Origin: Nitrospinales bacterium | GTDB taxonomy: Bacteria; Nitrospinota_A; UBA7883; JACRGQ01 | Assembly: GCA_023248535.1 (NCBI GenBank) | Contig: JAHFEJ010000003.1 | Span: forward strand, 29,403-93,402 | DNA: 64,000 nucleotides | Reading direction: 5' to 3' | Part shown: positions 61,605-64,000 of the stretch, one piece after another | Numbering within the stretch: the stretch's first letter is position 1 | Layout of the letters: every line of letters starts with the position of its first letter | The notes under the pieces: model-generated | Told to the model about the DNA's origin: nothing | The model's input: the letters and a program-made list of their open reading frames with translations, nothing else | Databases searched by the model: none | Made by a program: the position numbers and the translations under genes

Positions 61605-61794
61605 GGTGTAGGGCCGATCAATTTCCCGCCGTTTTCGTGGCTTTTGAGGTCGTGATTATCATTTTTCAAGATCAGCTAAGGCAAGAAGTCGGTATAAGTT
61701 ACCTAAATATAATTGTTTATGCTTCACGCGGAATGCCTCTCCCGCGGAAAGTGCGGTATACTCAAAGTGCACTACCGAAAGGAGCCGATCGCAA

Positions 61795-63606
61795 ATGCAA
61801 AACATACCGATTGCCGCGAAAAAAAATCCGTTCACCCTCATCGGCGACCAGAAAATCATCATCGACTACGCCGCCATTTACTGCCGCACGCCGCAGGAAT
61901 TGCTGAAGAGCACGCTCTTCCTCGAAATACTTACCCGGTTCATCCGCCGCATCGAGGAAAAGCGGACCCCCGGCTACCTCTTTCTGCGCGAACGCCGCCC
62001 GGATCTGAAACCGGAGGCGATCCCCGATTTTGTGCTGCGGCTGCTCCGCCTGCTGGTGGGACACAGCGCGGAAGAGATCATCGCGCTGAACCCCGATTAC
62101 GGGAGCGTGCTGAACGTGGGAAACGACCGCGAATGGATATACGAGCTGCGGCGCGACCTGTACAACTACTGGCGGCGCATCGAGCGGTACATCTTCCTTG
62201 AGATGCCGCACGGCTCCGGCCAGAAGTCGATCGACATCTATCACGACCAGTTCATGAGCGGCTGCGAGGACCTGCGCGCCCTCATCCTGCGCACGAACCG
62301 CCTCATCGGCGAGCACCTCTCCGGCAAAGACCCCAAGGTCTACCGCCAGCTCCCCGCCGGGGCGAACATGGCGATGCTGCTGGAGCGGATCGACTGGAAA
62401 TGCCCGTCGTTCCTGCAGGCGTTCCGGGACGTGGAGTTCATCCGCATCACGCTCATCGAGCCGCCGCTGATCCTCTACTCGAAATCCAACACGCGCAAGG
62501 GGACGTTTCTGGAGATACCCGGCCCCCACGGCCCAATCACGGTGGACCCTTCCGAGTGGTTCTGTTTTCCCGCCAAGGTGGGCGAGCTGACCGCGTTTAT
62601 CTTTTTCCATCTCGACTACATCGCGCAGGCGCTCTCGTTGTCGAACCTGTTCGAGCTGGCGGAATACGACGACATCAACGGCAAGACGCCCGACCTGGCG
62701 GTGCTGTTCGGCGTGCCGGGGGAGGGGATGAAGGAGTACACCGAATTTTTCGAGGACCGCCAAAGCGGCATCATCACCGGCATGGTGAAGCGCAGCGCCG
62801 ATGTCGGCTACTTCGGCTACTTCAAGAAGATGACGCTGACGCTGCACAACGTGGCGATGCTGAACCGGGGCCGCCTGCCGCTGCACGGCGCGATGGTGCA
62901 CATCAAGCTGAAGGCGGGGGGTTACGCCAACATCGTCCTCGTGGGGGATTCCGGCGCGGGCAAGAGCGAAACGCTGGAGGCGTTGCGCACCATCGCCGAC
63001 GAATATTTCAGCGACATCAAGGTGATCTTCGACGATATGGGGAGCCTCGCCATCAAGGAGGACGGCCGCGTACACGGCTACGGCACCGAGATCGGCGCAT
63101 TCGTCCGGCTGGACGACCTCCACCCGAAATACGCCTACGAGGAAGTGGACCGCTCCATCTTCATCAACCCCGACCGGAAGAACGCCCGGCTCATCATGCC
63201 GATAACCGCCTACCACCACGTGGTGATGGGCTACCCGGTGGATATGCTGTTCTACGCCAACAACTACGAGCACCTGGGCGACGACAAACCGGCGGTGGAG
63301 TTTTTCAGCCGCGCGGATGAGGCGCTGCAGGTGTTCCGCGACGGCTCGCGCCTGGCCAAGGGAACCACCGACGAGAAGGGGCTGGTCCGCACCTACTTCG
63401 CCAATCCGTTCGGCGCGCAGCAGCGCGAGGCGAAGCACGAGAAGGTGGCGGCGGCGGTCTTTGCGCGGATGTTCGAGACCGGCGTGAAGGTCGGGCAGGT
63501 GCGCACGCGTCTCGGCATTCCCGGCTTCGAGCAGGAGGGGCCGAAAGCGGTGGCGGAAAAACTTTACGAGGTACTGAAGGAACTGGCCAAACGGCCCGGA
63601 CGCTGA
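61795..63606 (+). CDS. Large protein with a C-terminal HPr-kinase-like P-loop domain (hypothetical kinase).
   Basis: LVGDSGAGKSETLEAL matches the HprK/PEPCK-type Walker A (GDSGxGKSE). The N-terminal 350 aa are unassigned. Confidence 0.5.
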   Translation: MQNIPIAAKKNPFTLIGDQKIIIDYAAIYCRTPQELLKSTLFLEILTRFIRRIEEKRTPGYLFLRERRPDLKPEAIPDFVLRLLRLLVGHSAEEIIALNPDYGSVLNVGNDREWIYELRRDLYNYWRRIERYIFLEMPHGSGQKSIDIYHDQFMSGCEDLRALILRTNRLIGEHLSGKDPKVYRQLPAGANMAMLLERIDWKCPSFLQAFRDVEFIRITLIEPPLILYSKSNTRKGTFLEIPGPHGPITVDPSEWFCFPAKVGELTAFIFFHLDYIAQALSLSNLFELAEYDDINGKTPDLAVLFGVPGEGMKEYTEFFEDRQSGIITGMVKRSADVGYFGYFKKMTLTLHNVAMLNRGRLPLHGAMVHIKLKAGGYANIVLVGDSGAGKSETLEALRTIADEYFSDIKVIFDDMGSLAIKEDGRVHGYGTEIGAFVRLDDLHPKYAYEEVDRSIFINPDRKNARLIMPITAYHHVVMGYPVDMLFYANNYEHLGDDKPAVEFFSRADEALQVFRDGSRLAKGTTDEKGLVRTYFANPFGAQQREAKHEKVAAAVFARMFETGVKVGQVRTRLGIPGFEQEGPKAVAEKLYEVLKELAKRPGR

Positions 63607-63624
63607 TCACGGAGGAGGATGGAG

Positions 63625-64000
63625 ATGCGCGCGCCTGAAAACATGTTGGGGACAAGCGGACTGACGGCGGGACGGCTCGGCTTTTCGGGGGGCTACGGCG
63701 CTCCGGCCGCGGCGTTCGAGATGGCCTTCGAGCGGGGCTGCAACTATTTCTATCACGGCTCCGTCCGCCGCCCCGGCATGAACCAGGCCATCAAGAACAT
63801 CGCCGCCAAGGGGCAGCGCGAAAAACTGATAGTCACGGCTCAGGTGTATCTGCGCGGGGGGTGGCTGGTGCGCTGGAGCATGGACCGTTTCTTCAAAAAG
63901 ACCGGGCTGGATTACGCCGATGTGCTGCTGCTCGGCTGGTACAACGCCATGCCGCCGCAATCGGTGATCGATGCCGCGCTGGAGCTGAAGCGGCAGGGGC
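63625..64000 (+). CDS. Aldo/keto-reductase-family oxidoreductase, 3'-partial.
   Basis: N-terminus LGTSGLTAGRLGFSGGYG resembles the AKR LGxTGLxVSxLGLG motif. Open to the window end. Confidence 0.55.
   Translation, partial: MRAPENMLGTSGLTAGRLGFSGGYGAPAAAFEMAFERGCNYFYHGSVRRPGMNQAIKNIAAKGQREKLIVTAQVYLRGGWLVRWSMDRFFKKTGLDYADVLLLGWYNAMPPQSVIDAALELKRQG

Noticed and set aside
55500-61700. Possibility that the low-GC island is a prophage or integrative element.
   Set aside because: No integrase/recombinase, no flanking direct repeats, and no phage structural or replication-initiator genes. The nearest tRNA (Leu, 53701) is separated from it by two native high-GC genes.

Overview
This is a high-GC (roughly 63-66%) bacterial chromosomal window. 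Nearly all intergenic space is short and most genes are housekeeping. Those I can recognise are: a GT2/membrane glycosyltransferase cluster at the 5' end; ferredoxin-NADP reductase; the macromolecular-synthesis operon rpsU-yqeY-dnaG-rpoD, which ends at a tRNA-Met(CAU); HIT, CheX and a REC-RsbW-like kinase; a GT2 / LmbE(BshB)-like deacetylase / BshC-like trio; rpiB-glyA-nrdR-sirC-hemX-like; a GGDEF regulator; YceI; a 5-haem cytochrome c; a NYN-cold-shock fusion; a small assimilatory-type sulfite reductase; purD; a large PEGA/FN3 surface protein; a sigma-54 activator; purB-purC-purS-(cNMP-binding)-purQ; a PAS histidine kinase; TetR + RND efflux; GspH/I/J/K-like pseudopilins; beta-carbonic anhydrase; leuA-accD-tRNA-Leu(CAA); an RRM protein; and a TauE exporter. 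The sulfur- and sigma-54-rich content fits an anaerobic Gram-negative, perhaps Desulfobacterota- or Nitrospirota-like, but that is inference only. Against this background there are three low-GC insertions. (i) About 5280-7040: a lipoprotein / putative GH-A glycosidase gene flanked by a duplicated 3' end of the upstream GT2 gene. (ii) About 8560-9870: a trypsin-like ORF next to tRNA-Met, followed by degenerate tandem repeats made of tRNA 3'-end fragments. (iii) About 55590-61620: a six-gene same-strand island headed by a BrxR/CapW-like HTH-WYL regulator, followed by a stand-alone DnaB-C-terminal-like RecA-fold ATPase, two unknowns, a beta-CASP metallo-beta-lactamase-fold nuclease and a small unknown. 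Island (iii) is the best candidate for a previously undescribed, probably anti-phage defence, system. Other notable points are a MITE-like palindromic repeat family (2 copies), an in-frame TAA splitting the FN3 surface protein, att-like 27-bp direct repeats after tRNA-Leu, a sigma-54 promoter plus attenuator-like leader ahead of a Cys/His-rich membrane protein, and a G-quadruplex-forming loop inside a bidirectional terminator. No CRISPR array or rRNA was seen.
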